A DNA stretch of 64,000 bases, taken from the NCBI GenBank assembly GCA_031082125.1, contig JAVHLM010000029.1, forward strand, positions 1,478-65,477, written 5' to 3'. The notes beneath the pieces were generated by a model. It did no database searches and was not told the origin of the DNA. It was given only the letters and a program-made list of their open reading frames with translations. This DNA comes from Vulcanimicrobiota bacterium. GTDB lineage: Bacteria > Vulcanimicrobiota > CADAWZ01 > Ess09-12. Below, in pieces: positions 1-8,836 of the stretch. Position 1 is the stretch's first letter. Each line of letters begins with the position of its first letter. Made by a program: the position numbers and the translations under genes.

Positions 1-2
1 TG

Positions 3-1550
3 TGGAATTGCCGCATCGGCGATACCTGCGAGGTCGCCCGGGAGGCTGGCGAGGGGCGGGGCAACGAGGGGCAGGCCGCTGAAACTCCGTGGTCTTCTCA
101 GTGGAGCATCTTCTACCCGTCGTGGCTGGAAGAGTGCCGCAGTGGCAGTGAAGCCGGCGCGGTCTCTGCCAGGGCTATCGCAGGGAAGCTCATCAAGGCC
201 GCCTCGATCCGCCAGAGGCTCGACGTGGCCACAGGGATGCTCCTGCGGGCTATGGACACAAGGCAGCTTCAGCGCCTTCTCGGCTTTGAGTTCATCGAGG
301 ACTACGCCGTGGATCGCTGCGGCTTCTCGATGGCCCAGACCCGCCAGCTCATAAGGCTTGCCGAGGGCTTCCACCGCCACTCCCTCACGGAAGATGCCTT
401 CAGGAAGGGCACCATCACCAGGGAGCAGGCGCGCCTCATTCTGCCTCTTGTGGACTCCAGGAATGAGTCGCAGTGGATTGCCTATGCAGCGAGTGTGCCC
501 ACCGTTGACCTCAGGGAAGAGACGAGGCGCATCGCCAGGATCCTGGAGTATGACTGCCTTGCCTCGCACAATTATATGATTCTTCCCGGGTTTCGCTATG
601 TCACCGACGAGAGGTTTCACGACCTGCCGGAGGAGATGCAGGACATCATAAGGACAGGAGCCTGGTATACAGGTCCTTCTCTCAATCCTTCGTGGCCCCT
701 TGAGTCAGACGACGAGGAGCTCATCGCCTCCCGGGACAGGCGCTTTGAGAAACCTTGGAAATATTTCAGCGATGTGGAAGAGATGAAGGCCGCCGAGGCT
801 TCCAGTAAAATTGAAAAAGATTCCAGGCTGTGTGCGGGCTTCGGGGAGCAGGCGGAGGGAAATTCTCTGTGTGCAGGTGAACACTACGGGGTAGCGCATG
901 GGCATCTCGAGCATCAGTGCACATGTACGCTGTGTGCAGGTCATGGGGCAGTGGAAAAAGCCAGGGGAGCCTGCACCATCCCTCACGGAGAGAGCCCTGA
1001 GGAGACCTTCCTGGTGGATATCCTCTCATCAAGAGATCCTCTTCAGGCCACCAGGGGCTTCATGACAATCAAGTTCTTTCTCCCCCGGGAGCTCTATGAA
1101 GTCTGGAACAATGCCGCAAGGGCCTTTCTCGAAAGGCTCTCCCGGGCGGAGGCCTCCGGCGGGGGCTCCGGTGATTTGCTGAGGGGCCCTGAAGAGAAAT
1201 TCCTTGCCGCGCTCATGGCGGACTATCTCAGGACCGAGGGCACCTTGAAAAAAGCGGCCCATCATCACAAGATCCTGAAACGTGACCGGTTCCGCTGCCA
1301 GACCCCGGGTTGCTGCTGTCGGCGGGGCCTCCATGTCCATCATATCATCAGGCGCTCCCAGGGCGGCACCGATGCCCCCTGGAATCTCATCGTGCTCTGC
1401 GAAGCCTGCCACCTCCACCTCCTCCATGGCCTCCGGACCCTCACTGTGAGGGGCAGGGCGCCCTATGACCTCAGCTTCACTTTCGGATCCCCCTTGGAAG
1501 GAGGGGCCCCTTTCCTGGTTTATGGGAACGGCTCGAGAAAGCGGCTCTGA
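3..1550 (+). CDS. HNH endonuclease domain protein with a DUF222-like N-terminal region; possibly 5'-partial (track start GTG at 225, but the frame stays open to the window start)
   Basis: C-terminal CQTPGC...HVHHIIRRSQGGTDAPWNLIVLCEACH is an HNH/zinc-finger nuclease signature. The central region is rich in Cys and His. I translated the 225 frame back to base 3 and found no stop codon. Confidence 0.55.
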   Translation, partial: WNCRIGDTCEVAREAGEGRGNEGQAAETPWSSQWSIFYPSWLEECRSGSEAGAVSARAIAGKLIKAASIRQRLDVATGMLLRAMDTRQLQRLLGFEFIEDYAVDRCGFSMAQTRQLIRLAEGFHRHSLTEDAFRKGTITREQARLILPLVDSRNESQWIAYAASVPTVDLREETRRIARILEYDCLASHNYMILPGFRYVTDERFHDLPEEMQDIIRTGAWYTGPSLNPSWPLESDDEELIASRDRRFEKPWKYFSDVEEMKAAEASSKIEKDSRLCAGFGEQAEGNSLCAGEHYGVAHGHLEHQCTCTLCAGHGAVEKARGACTIPHGESPEETFLVDILSSRDPLQATRGFMTIKFFLPRELYEVWNNAARAFLERLSRAEASGGGSGDLLRGPEEKFLAALMADYLRTEGTLKKAAHHHKILKRDRFRCQTPGCCCRRGLHVHHIIRRSQGGTDAPWNLIVLCEACHLHLLHGLRTLTVRGRAPYDLSFTFGSPLEGGAPFLVYGNGSRKRL

Positions 1551-1741
1551 GCCGAAAGCACGCTTGAGGAGATGATACCATAACCTGGATAAAGGCTTTT
1601 CCGCAGGAGGGCAGGGAAAATCTCCGGGCCTCCCGGCTCTGGTGCTGCAAAGAAATTTCAATTTCTCCAAAGATTGTGAAATATGGTATTACGATAACTC
1701 ACCCATCACTTGACAGGGCCCATCCATATCAGTAGTACCCA

Positions 1742-1942
1742 TTATTGCCGGACCGATTCCCTCAGGGCCGCCCGGGCAAGGATTCTCGTAGAATCCAGGG
1801 TTGGGAGAGGTGACCGCTCATTGCTCATGATGAGAGGGATCTCCGTGCACCCAAGCACCACGGCATCGCATCCCCTGTCACCCAGCTTTCTGATCACCTC
1901 CACGAAGTAGTCCCTGGAGCCGTCATTCAGCACTCCCTTCAC
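1742..1942 (-). pseudogene. C-terminal remnant (about 66 aa) of an Asp/Glu racemase family gene
   Basis: The translation ...GDRGCDAVVLGCTEIPLIMS... matches the conserved second-cysteine GCTE(L/I)P(L)(L/I) motif at the C-terminus of aspartate/glutamate racemases. The N-terminal two-thirds of the protein is absent upstream, where only a 100-nt gap precedes the next gene. Confidence 0.4.
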
Positions 1943-2045
1943 CAGCTCTATGTCTCTGCATTTTCCTTTCCTCTCTTTCTCAATCCCGTGCAGTGAGCAG
2001 GAGCCGCGTCCGGCCTGTCAGGAGCGAATTCCACGAAAGCCCGGC

Positions 2046-2534
2046 TCAGGGAGCCTGCCACTGCTTTTTCATGGCTGCATCCGTCAGCGTTATCTTCGGC
2101 TTGTCGTCTTTCATGGAGAGCTCCATGCGGACATTGCCCCTGCTGTCATAGAGAAAAAGGACCGGGTATCCCTGGGGCCGCACTGCCAATGCCGCAACGG
2201 TCCTGTCTGAGCGTCCCACCACCTCGAATACCTGGGCCTCCACCATATCAGCCTTAATCGTGCCCGCGGTAATAGTATCAGACTGGGCCTGCGCCAGCGG
2301 GGGGCGGAGGCATTGCACCACCATGAGGCACATCAGGAGAGCGATAATGATGCAGAAAGAGATCCTCCAGAGCCTGGCCTCCCTCTCAAGAGCCTTGACG
2401 CGTGCACATAATCCGGTAATCTCATCCATAAGAGAATCCTCCTTCTTCCGGTCCTGCGGTTTCAGAGACACTGCTTTAAAAATGGTGCTCTTGATATATT
2501 TCCCGGGCTGAGGCTTCTTCCTGCTTGCGCACAC
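2046..2534 (-). CDS. hypothetical membrane-anchored protein (coiled-coil, one TM helix, periplasmic domain); true start probably the internal Met of MDEITG
   Basis: The ORF contains a hydrophobic segment ISFCIIIALLMCLMVVQCL preceded by a charged coiled-coil stretch. I recognised no family. Confidence 0.35.
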   Translation of the reverse strand: MCASRKKPQPGKYIKSTIFKAVSLKPQDRKKEDSLMDEITGLCARVKALEREARLWRISFCIIIALLMCLMVVQCLRPPLAQAQSDTITAGTIKADMVEAQVFEVVGRSDRTVAALAVRPQGYPVLFLYDSRGNVRMELSMKDDKPKITLTDAAMKKQWQAP

Positions 2535-2773
2535 TTATACTGCGAGTTATGCATGGCTCTCAGGGGAACTCTTGCCGGGGTGGTTCTTTTTTGCTGAGAT
2601 TGTGGGGAGCCAGAGCAATAGGTCGTTCAAAAGGACACTGAAGCGGAGAAATTTCACCATCAGGACGTTATCAATAAAGAGGCCGGGCAGATGAAGGCCG
2701 TGAAAATGGCACACCAAAAAAGGCCCTCTTTCGAGGGCCTTGTATCATACACTGTCAGGTTTTTCTGCTACGG

Positions 2774-3364
2774 CTATGGCTTAGGCTGCTCCGACGGGGG
2801 CGGGGCCGGGGGAGCCTGGGGCTGGCTTTCAAACTTGCCTGCCACCCAGTCCACGAATTTACCGCCCATCTCGGCGCCTTTCTTCATGCCTCCAAGCGTA
2901 CCTTTGGCAGCACCCTTGGTGGCTGCGAATGCTCCATCAACGGCTCCGGGAAGCGCCGAGGTGACTGTTGCTCCGATAATCGGGCCAAGCACCGCACCTA
3001 TCACCAGGCCGGGAAGGCCTCCGGTGACAACGCCCATTACGGAGCCGTTGATAAGGCCGCCGACCGCTCCGGCTGCTCTCATCACCTTCATGACCCCGGG
3101 ACTTACGAGCTCGTGGGGAGTCTCGGTGGCCGCTCCCTTGATGGCGCCGCTTACCGCGCCGGGAACTGCTCCTATGGCGCCCCCGACAAGTTTGCCAAGG
3201 CCCCTGAAGGCTTTATGGGCAAAACCCTCATCCTTGACCTGCCCTCCTGTCTCCACGCTGTCCTGGGGAGGAGCGGGAGCGGCCTCAGGCTTTTCAGCCG
3301 GTGTCTGCACCTGGCCGGCATCGGGGCGGGTTACTGGCGTACCTGCATTTCTTATCGAGTCCAT
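2774..3364 (-). CDS. glycine-zipper protein: proline/alanine-rich disordered N-terminus followed by a long GxxxG/AxxxG repeat region
   Basis: Translation GKLVGGAIGAVPGAVSGAIKGAA...GGLINGSVMGVVTGGLPGLVIGAVLGPIIGATV...; no N-terminal signal peptide. The antisense ORF 2691..3440 is a mirror artifact. Confidence 0.5.
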   Translation of the reverse strand: MDSIRNAGTPVTRPDAGQVQTPAEKPEAAPAPPQDSVETGGQVKDEGFAHKAFRGLGKLVGGAIGAVPGAVSGAIKGAATETPHELVSPGVMKVMRAAGAVGGLINGSVMGVVTGGLPGLVIGAVLGPIIGATVTSALPGAVDGAFAATKGAAKGTLGGMKKGAEMGGKFVDWVAGKFESQPQAPPAPPPSEQPKP

Positions 3365-3552
3365 ATTCGAAAACCTCCTGAATGGTATTTATTATCTCCT
3401 CCGACATACTAATATTACCATAAAGAACAAGGGCATGTAAGATGGAGGGTGTTAACGTTTTGTTAATATATAGCTCTCTCTGTTCACACCTTGTTCATCG
3501 CGGGGACGGCAGAAGAGGGTAAAACAGTCATATCTGCAAGGAAAATCCCTTG

Positions 3553-3581
3553 TTGACGGAACGATGAAATGACCATATAAT
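3553..3581 (+). promoter_or_regulatory. sigma70-type promoter of the vapBC operon (-35 TTGACG 3553-3558, 17-nt spacer, -10 TATAAT 3576-3581)
   Basis: Direct read: tgTTGACGgaacgatgaaatgaccaTATAATatag, a consensus hexamer pair with optimal spacing, in an AT-rich stretch immediately upstream of the antitoxin gene. Confidence 0.55.
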
Positions 3582-3604
3582 ATAGTTGAAAGAGGTGGTC
3601 ATTT
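3567..3604 (+). promoter_or_regulatory. perfect 9-bp inverted repeat AAATGACCA-N20-TGGTCATTT bracketing the -10 box and RBS of vapB; putative VapB/VapBC autorepression operator
   Basis: aaatgacca at 3567-3575 and tggtcattt at 3596-3604 are exact reverse complements. The left arm lies just upstream of the -10 element and the right arm covers the Shine-Dalgarno and the TTG start. Confidence 0.5.
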
Positions 3605-3873
3605 TGAAGGAAGTATCGGTTACCGAAGGCAAAAAACACTTTACCTCGCTTATCGCCCTCACGGAAAAAGGTGAGCTTATAAAGGTCCTGAAGAGGAAAA
3701 AGCCCGTGGCGGTCTTGCTGCCTCACCGCGAATACCGCAAAATCAAGAAAATCATGAGCTATATTTCCATGAAAACCCTGGCGGAAGAGCTCAAGGGCGG
3801 GGCTCCCGCCCTGTCTTCACTGATAGAGGAATCGAGAAAGATGCTGGAATCCCGTCATGATGATGGTCGTTGA
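3604..3873 (+). CDS. vapB: type II antitoxin of the Phd/YefM or VapB class
   Basis: A small basic protein precedes a PIN-domain gene and overlaps it by 17 nt. The track start (TTG 3586) lies inside the promoter -10/+1 region. The next in-frame TTG at 3604 follows the SD agaggtgg by 5 nt. Confidence 0.6.
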   Translation: MKEVSVTEGKKHFTSLIALTEKGELIKVLKRKKPVAVLLPHREYRKIKKIMSYISMKTLAEELKGGAPALSSLIEESRKMLESRHDDGR

Positions 3874-4285
3874 CGCAAGCGTGCTTCTCTCTGCATACTT
3901 CCCTGATGAGGATACTCACATGAAGGCGCAGACGCTCATGGGCAATTGTGCTGCCGACATGGTGGAGCTTTTCGCTCCGCGCTTTGCCCGCTATGAGATT
4001 ATCAATGCCTGCCATGTCGCGTTCCGGAGAGGAAGAGTGATACTGCCGAAGGCTTTACAGATATCCGAAGCGATTCATGACATGGTAAGCTTCTGCGAGG
4101 ATGATTTTGACGCCGCAGAGCTCTTGGAGCTCTCGGAGCGTTATCAGATATGCACCTATGACGCCATATACCTCGCCCAGGCGGGGAGCCTGGGCGCGCC
4201 TCTTATCACCGCGGACAGGAAGCTCTTTGAGAGAGTCGCCGGGAAAAAGGGTGATATCATGTGGATCGGCAATTACAGCGCCTGA
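3857..4285 (+). CDS. vapC: PIN-domain ribonuclease toxin VapC
   Basis: The N-terminal MVVDASVLLSAYFPDED and the later acidic residues (..TYDAIYLAQA..) are the typical PIN catalytic signature. Size is 142 aa. The gene is translationally coupled to the upstream antitoxin. Confidence 0.75.
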   Translation: MMMVVDASVLLSAYFPDEDTHMKAQTLMGNCAADMVELFAPRFARYEIINACHVAFRRGRVILPKALQISEAIHDMVSFCEDDFDAAELLELSERYQICTYDAIYLAQAGSLGAPLITADRKLFERVAGKKGDIMWIGNYSA

Positions 4286-4376
4286 AGTGAGCGGCCTGTG
4301 AAAAGGCCTGTGGGGAAGGATACCGCGCCGTCACAGAGAAGAACATTTACCTGAATTTCCTCTCCCGGAGGTATCC

Positions 4377-6773
4377 ATGAAAATGGTGCAGAAAATTGTT
4401 ATAGCATTACTCTGTCTTCTTTCACTCCCCGCGGGCGCCCGGGCCTCCTCATCATACCGCCTCCCTCCCCCCGACATCGTGAAGCTCATTGACGCGCCGG
4501 TGCCGCCGAGGGTCTCTGTCTCGCCTGACGGCGCGAACCTCATTCTGATAGAGCGGACCCTCTACCCTCCTCTTGAGCTTTTTGCGCGGCCGGTACGGCC
4601 CCTGGCAGGGATGAAGATTGAACCGGCAAAATGGTGCCTCCAGCGCCTTACCCTTTATCATGGGCTCTCCCTTGTAGATGCCGGCACTGGAAAGACCACC
4701 CGTATCAAGCTTCCAGCGGGCTCAAACATCGATGTCCCGCGATGGGCGCCGCAGGGTGGCTCCTTTGCCTTTACCCGTGACGGTGAAAAGGGCCTCGAAC
4801 TCTGGATCGGAAGCCTTCCAGAGGGGAAGATACGGAAAATTGAAGGGATAACCCTCACCAACATCACCGGTTCCCCCTTCAAGTGGGAGCGCGACGGTAT
4901 CCATATGCTCCTCCGCCTCGTTCCCGGGTCCTCCGGCCCGCCCCCTCCCGAGCCCCTGGTGCCGGAAAGCCCAGTCACAGAAGAGACTCAAGGCCGCGTC
5001 GCCAAGGTGAAGACTTACCAGAACCTCATCAAGAGCAGCTACGACGAGAAGCTTTTTGATTATTACGGGAAGTGCCAGCCGGCTCTTCTGGATACGGCAA
5101 CAGGCAAGATTGCCGCTGTGGGCGGACCAGGAATCTACCTGGATATCTCCTTGTCTCCTGACGGGTCGTACCTCCATGTGACAAGGCTTGAAAAGCCATA
5201 CTCGCGCAAGGTGCCCTTCTCAATGTTCGCCTGCTCCGAAGAGATCTGGGATCGTGAAGGCAAGGTGCTCAAGGTGATTGCCAGGATCCCCATCCAGGAG
5301 GAAGTGCCCCCCGACGGCGTGCCCGAGGGCCCCAGGGAGATCACATGGCAGCCCTTCTGCAAGGCACGCCTTATATGGGTTGAAGCCCTGGATGGAGGCG
5401 ACCCCCAAAGGCGTGTCCCATTCAGGGAGAAGGTGGTCTCATTTGAGGCGCCCTTCACCGGCACGCCTTCCACTCTATTCACCATAAAGGATCGTTTTAC
5501 ATCCCTCGCGTTCCTTAAGGAGAAAAACAGGGCAATAGTCACTTCCTTTGACCGCGCAAAACGCTGGACCACCACCCACCTCGTGGAGATGAGCACGGGC
5601 TTCCCATTCGGTGAGCCTCTTTTCAGCAGGAATTTCAACGACGACTACCATGATCCCGGGAGTCCCGTCAACGAAGTGACAGGCGGTGAGTGGTGTGTCG
5701 CCCAGGACGGCAGCACCATCTACCTAGCAGGGAAAGGCGCCACTCCCGAGGGAGAGATGCCCTTCCTCTCGGCCTGCATGCTGCCCCGCGGGGAGCAGAA
5801 GCCCCTTTTCCGCTCGAGGGACAAGGCTTATGAATCCTTCATTGCCTTTTACAGGGGAGCGCGGGATACCATCCTCATAAGGAGCGAGGATGTCGATACT
5901 CCTCCCAACTTCTACCTGCTGAACCTGAAATCCGGCGAGAGGAAAAAGCTTACCGATTACGTCGATCCCACGCCGGAGCTGAGGTCGATAACCAAGGAGC
6001 TTGTGAAATACAAAAGGGCCGACGGCGTTGAGCTCTCAGGGACCCTGTTCCTTCCGCCGGGCTATGAGAAGAAACGGGGGCCCCTCCCCCTGGTGATATG
6101 GGCTTACCCCCTTGAGTACACTGACAGCTCGGTAGCCGGGCAGGTAAGGGGCTCTCCCTACCAGTTCTCCCTTTACACAGGCCCCTCTCACCTTCTCTTC
6201 CTCACCAGGGGCTATGCTGTCCTCTCCAACGCCGCAATGCCCGTGGTGGGCGATCCTGAGACAAAGAATAACAACTTTATCGAGCAGATAGTGCAGTCTG
6301 CAAAGGCGGCTATCGACTGCCTTGCATCAAGGGGCATCGCCGACCCGTCAAAAGTAATGGTGGGAGGCCACTCCTACGGTGCTTTCATGACGGCGAACCT
6401 CCTGGCCCACTCGCGCCTTTTTGCCGCCGGAATCGCCAGGAGCGGCGCCTACAACAGAACCCTCACCCCATTCGGCTTCCAGAACGAGAGGCGCTCCTTC
6501 TGGGAGGCGCCCGAAGTCTACATCAAGATGTCGCCCTTCACTTACGCCGACAAGATAAAGGATCCCCTCCTCATCATCCATGGCGAGGACGATGACAATT
6601 CGGGCACCTTCCCCATGCAGAGCGAGCGCCTCTATGATGCCATAAAGGGGAACGGCGGCACGGCGCGCCTCGTACTGCTGCCGCTGGAGAGCCATGCTTA
6701 CGGCGCCAGGGAGTCGGTGCTCCATGTGATTGCAGAGATGCTGGACTGGGGTGAGCGCCATGGGAAAAGGTGA
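4377..6773 (+). CDS. secreted S9-family serine peptidase (prolyl oligopeptidase/dipeptidyl aminopeptidase-like) with an N-terminal beta-propeller
   Basis: Signal peptide MKMVQKIVIALLCLLSLPAGARA; C-terminal alpha/beta-hydrolase domain with the nucleophile motif GGHSYGAF and downstream D...H (IIHGEDDDN, ESHAY). Confidence 0.8.
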   Translation: MKMVQKIVIALLCLLSLPAGARASSSYRLPPPDIVKLIDAPVPPRVSVSPDGANLILIERTLYPPLELFARPVRPLAGMKIEPAKWCLQRLTLYHGLSLVDAGTGKTTRIKLPAGSNIDVPRWAPQGGSFAFTRDGEKGLELWIGSLPEGKIRKIEGITLTNITGSPFKWERDGIHMLLRLVPGSSGPPPPEPLVPESPVTEETQGRVAKVKTYQNLIKSSYDEKLFDYYGKCQPALLDTATGKIAAVGGPGIYLDISLSPDGSYLHVTRLEKPYSRKVPFSMFACSEEIWDREGKVLKVIARIPIQEEVPPDGVPEGPREITWQPFCKARLIWVEALDGGDPQRRVPFREKVVSFEAPFTGTPSTLFTIKDRFTSLAFLKEKNRAIVTSFDRAKRWTTTHLVEMSTGFPFGEPLFSRNFNDDYHDPGSPVNEVTGGEWCVAQDGSTIYLAGKGATPEGEMPFLSACMLPRGEQKPLFRSRDKAYESFIAFYRGARDTILIRSEDVDTPPNFYLLNLKSGERKKLTDYVDPTPELRSITKELVKYKRADGVELSGTLFLPPGYEKKRGPLPLVIWAYPLEYTDSSVAGQVRGSPYQFSLYTGPSHLLFLTRGYAVLSNAAMPVVGDPETKNNNFIEQIVQSAKAAIDCLASRGIADPSKVMVGGHSYGAFMTANLLAHSRLFAAGIARSGAYNRTLTPFGFQNERRSFWEAPEVYIKMSPFTYADKIKDPLLIIHGEDDDNSGTFPMQSERLYDAIKGNGGTARLVLLPLESHAYGARESVLHVIAEMLDWGERHGKR

Positions 6774-6803
6774 GCCAGCCGGGCCCTATTTCCTCAGCCC
6801 CGA

Positions 6804-7907
6804 CTACCCGGAGGCCGCTTCAAGCTTTGCCAGGGCCTCCCTCAGTGTGCCGGTATCCTGCCCGGCAGGATCCTTCTGTGCAATCTCGAGACCTGTCTTC
6901 AGGAGAAGCCTTGCCGAATCAATATCGTTCACCTCACGGTAAATCCTTGCGGCATCAATGAGAAAGGCAGTGGCAAGCGAAGGCATCATGGCATTCATGA
7001 GGGGAATTATCAAGCCGGTTAACTGCTTCATCCTGTCATACTGAGCAGTCTCCGCGTAGAGGTCGATGAGTTTCATGATCCACAGCAGAGAGGGAAGCCC
7101 CAGCCCCTGCTGAACGGAGCTCTGAAGCGTCATCTCCGCCAGGTGGCAGGCCTCGGTATAATGGCCTGCCGCCTTGAGTGCTTCATATTTTTCGATCTCA
7201 TCCATGGGAGCCTGAAGGATTTCTTTCGCACCGGGGGCTTCGCGGCTTTCTGCCGCCTTGCCCATGGGAGAGGGTCTCAAGAGCTCCTCCTTTTCCAGGG
7301 CACGCTTCTGGGAGGCCTTGTCCCTTGCCTCCTTTTCCCTGGCGCCATGAGTCTCAAGGAAGGTGACAATCTCCCCATGGCCTCCCTCGGCAGCATAATC
7401 CCTTGGGAGCCTCCCCTGGTAATCCTTGAGATTGAGAAAAGCGCCGTATGAGGCAAGGAGCTCCACGATGCCTCTTTGGCCTCTCCCTGCAGCGCAATGC
7501 AGGGCTGTGGCACCTTTATTGTCGGCGGCACCGATTTCCGCCATAGTGGAGAGAAGGAGCTTCACCACCTCTTCGTGGCCGCCTTCAGCGGCCCTGATAA
7601 GGGCGGTGCAGCCTTCATCATCCCTTTCATTGACTCTTGCGCCCCAGGCGATGAGAAGATCTGCCATCTCCCTGCTGCCATTGATTGCAGCAATATGAAG
7701 CGGAGTGTTTCCGAAGGGATTTTTCTCATTGACAAGGATAACCCAGTGAAGGGAGCGCTTCACAAGACCGCAATCATCTGCGGTAACGGCGCTGAAAAAC
7801 TCCTCGGGCTGCTTCTTTATGGACTGGACGATGTTCTCGCCCTTTTTCTTTACTGTGTCAATGAGGTCCCCCGCCTTGTTCCTGAGAGACCTGAACAGAT
7901 TATCCAT
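6804..7907 (-). CDS. ankyrin-repeat protein with a C-terminal TPR-like helical region
   Basis: Repeats NTPLHIAAINGSREMADLLIAWGARVNERDDEGCTALIRAAEGGHEEVVKLLL... (at least 4 ANK repeats). Confidence 0.75.
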   Translation of the reverse strand: MDNLFRSLRNKAGDLIDTVKKKGENIVQSIKKQPEEFFSAVTADDCGLVKRSLHWVILVNEKNPFGNTPLHIAAINGSREMADLLIAWGARVNERDDEGCTALIRAAEGGHEEVVKLLLSTMAEIGAADNKGATALHCAAGRGQRGIVELLASYGAFLNLKDYQGRLPRDYAAEGGHGEIVTFLETHGAREKEARDKASQKRALEKEELLRPSPMGKAAESREAPGAKEILQAPMDEIEKYEALKAAGHYTEACHLAEMTLQSSVQQGLGLPSLLWIMKLIDLYAETAQYDRMKQLTGLIIPLMNAMMPSLATAFLIDAARIYREVNDIDSARLLLKTGLEIAQKDPAGQDTGTLREALAKLEAASG

Positions 7908-7972
7908 TGCACCTCCCCGGGTTCCTTCCTGACATTCAAGCCATGAGAAGAGGACTCACCATGAAGGGCTTT

Positions 7973-8764
7973 CTAAGGCACGGCAATCTGAGAACTTTCG
8001 ATACCGGAAAAGCGCAGCTTCATGGTCTTGATTCCCTTCCCATTGAGGCCGTTTTCTCCCGTGAAGAGGAGGGTGAAGCTCTGCTTGGGATTCAGGGTGA
8101 TCACATTCACCGGGATGCATGGCCCGGCGTGATTCTTTCCGCTGGAGAGGGGAACAAAGCTCTCTCCGTTTACGGAGACGGTCCAGAAGCATGCGGGGCA
8201 GAAATCCCATAAAGCTCTGATCTGGCGGTCCGAGATGTTGCTCATGGTGGCTTTGATTGACGCCGAGACTGAGTCGCCATCTTTCTTCACGTCATAGAGC
8301 TCTGCCGACAGAGAGATACGCTCTTTCAATGAAGAGGCGTCGCGGTCGGCCGATTTAAGCTCGTCGGCAAATTTCCTTATCTTGTCCTCCATGGAGGTAG
8401 AATACTTGAGGGGCTGCGGTTTCGGGCCGGCGAGGCGGTAATAGGGGCTCTCGCTTTCCTTGGTGAGGCAGAGAATATATCTTCCCCTTGCAATCTGCCC
8501 GCCCTGCTTCGGGACAGGGAGCTGGATGACGTTGGAGTTCACCGTGCCTTTTAAAATCGCCATAATGGTGAACTTGTACATGGCCTGGTCTTTCAGAGAC
8601 GACGCAGCATCGCCGGAGGGGGGATCAAGCTCACCGCTCACCACGAGCGAGCTCTGCACCACATAGGCTTTCGCCTCGTCGTCAAAAACCTCTTTGTCGG
8701 CGAATGAGGGGGAGCCTATAAGAAAAAAGGCAAGCAGGAGACACAGGATCTTTTGTAATTTCAT
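7973..8764 (-). CDS. secreted hypothetical protein
   Basis: Signal peptide MKLQKILCLLLAFFLIGSPSFA; no recognisable family. Confidence 0.5.
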   Translation of the reverse strand: MKLQKILCLLLAFFLIGSPSFADKEVFDDEAKAYVVQSSLVVSGELDPPSGDAASSLKDQAMYKFTIMAILKGTVNSNVIQLPVPKQGGQIARGRYILCLTKESESPYYRLAGPKPQPLKYSTSMEDKIRKFADELKSADRDASSLKERISLSAELYDVKKDGDSVSASIKATMSNISDRQIRALWDFCPACFWTVSVNGESFVPLSSGKNHAGPCIPVNVITLNPKQSFTLLFTGENGLNGKGIKTMKLRFSGIESSQIAVP

Positions 8765-8836
8765 AGGTACCTCAGGGTTGAGAGATATAGATTCTCTTTA
8801 TTATGTTCCCCTTGAGCCTCCCCCCTCTCCTGCCGG

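Noticed and set aside
1029-1670. 213-aa ORF antisense to the HNH gene
   Set aside because: It lies entirely within a better-supported gene on the other strand. It is a typical high-GC mirror ORF with low-complexity G/P/A-rich translation.
2691-3440. 249-aa ORF antisense to the glycine-zipper gene
   Set aside because: The A/P/G-rich translation is the reverse-complement artifact of a Gly/Ala-rich gene. The glycine-zipper reading is the one that gives ordered GxxxG periodicity.
4286-4330. Possible terminator after vapC (GGCC...GGCC)
   Set aside because: Only a 4-bp self-complementary GGCC pair and no T-tract.
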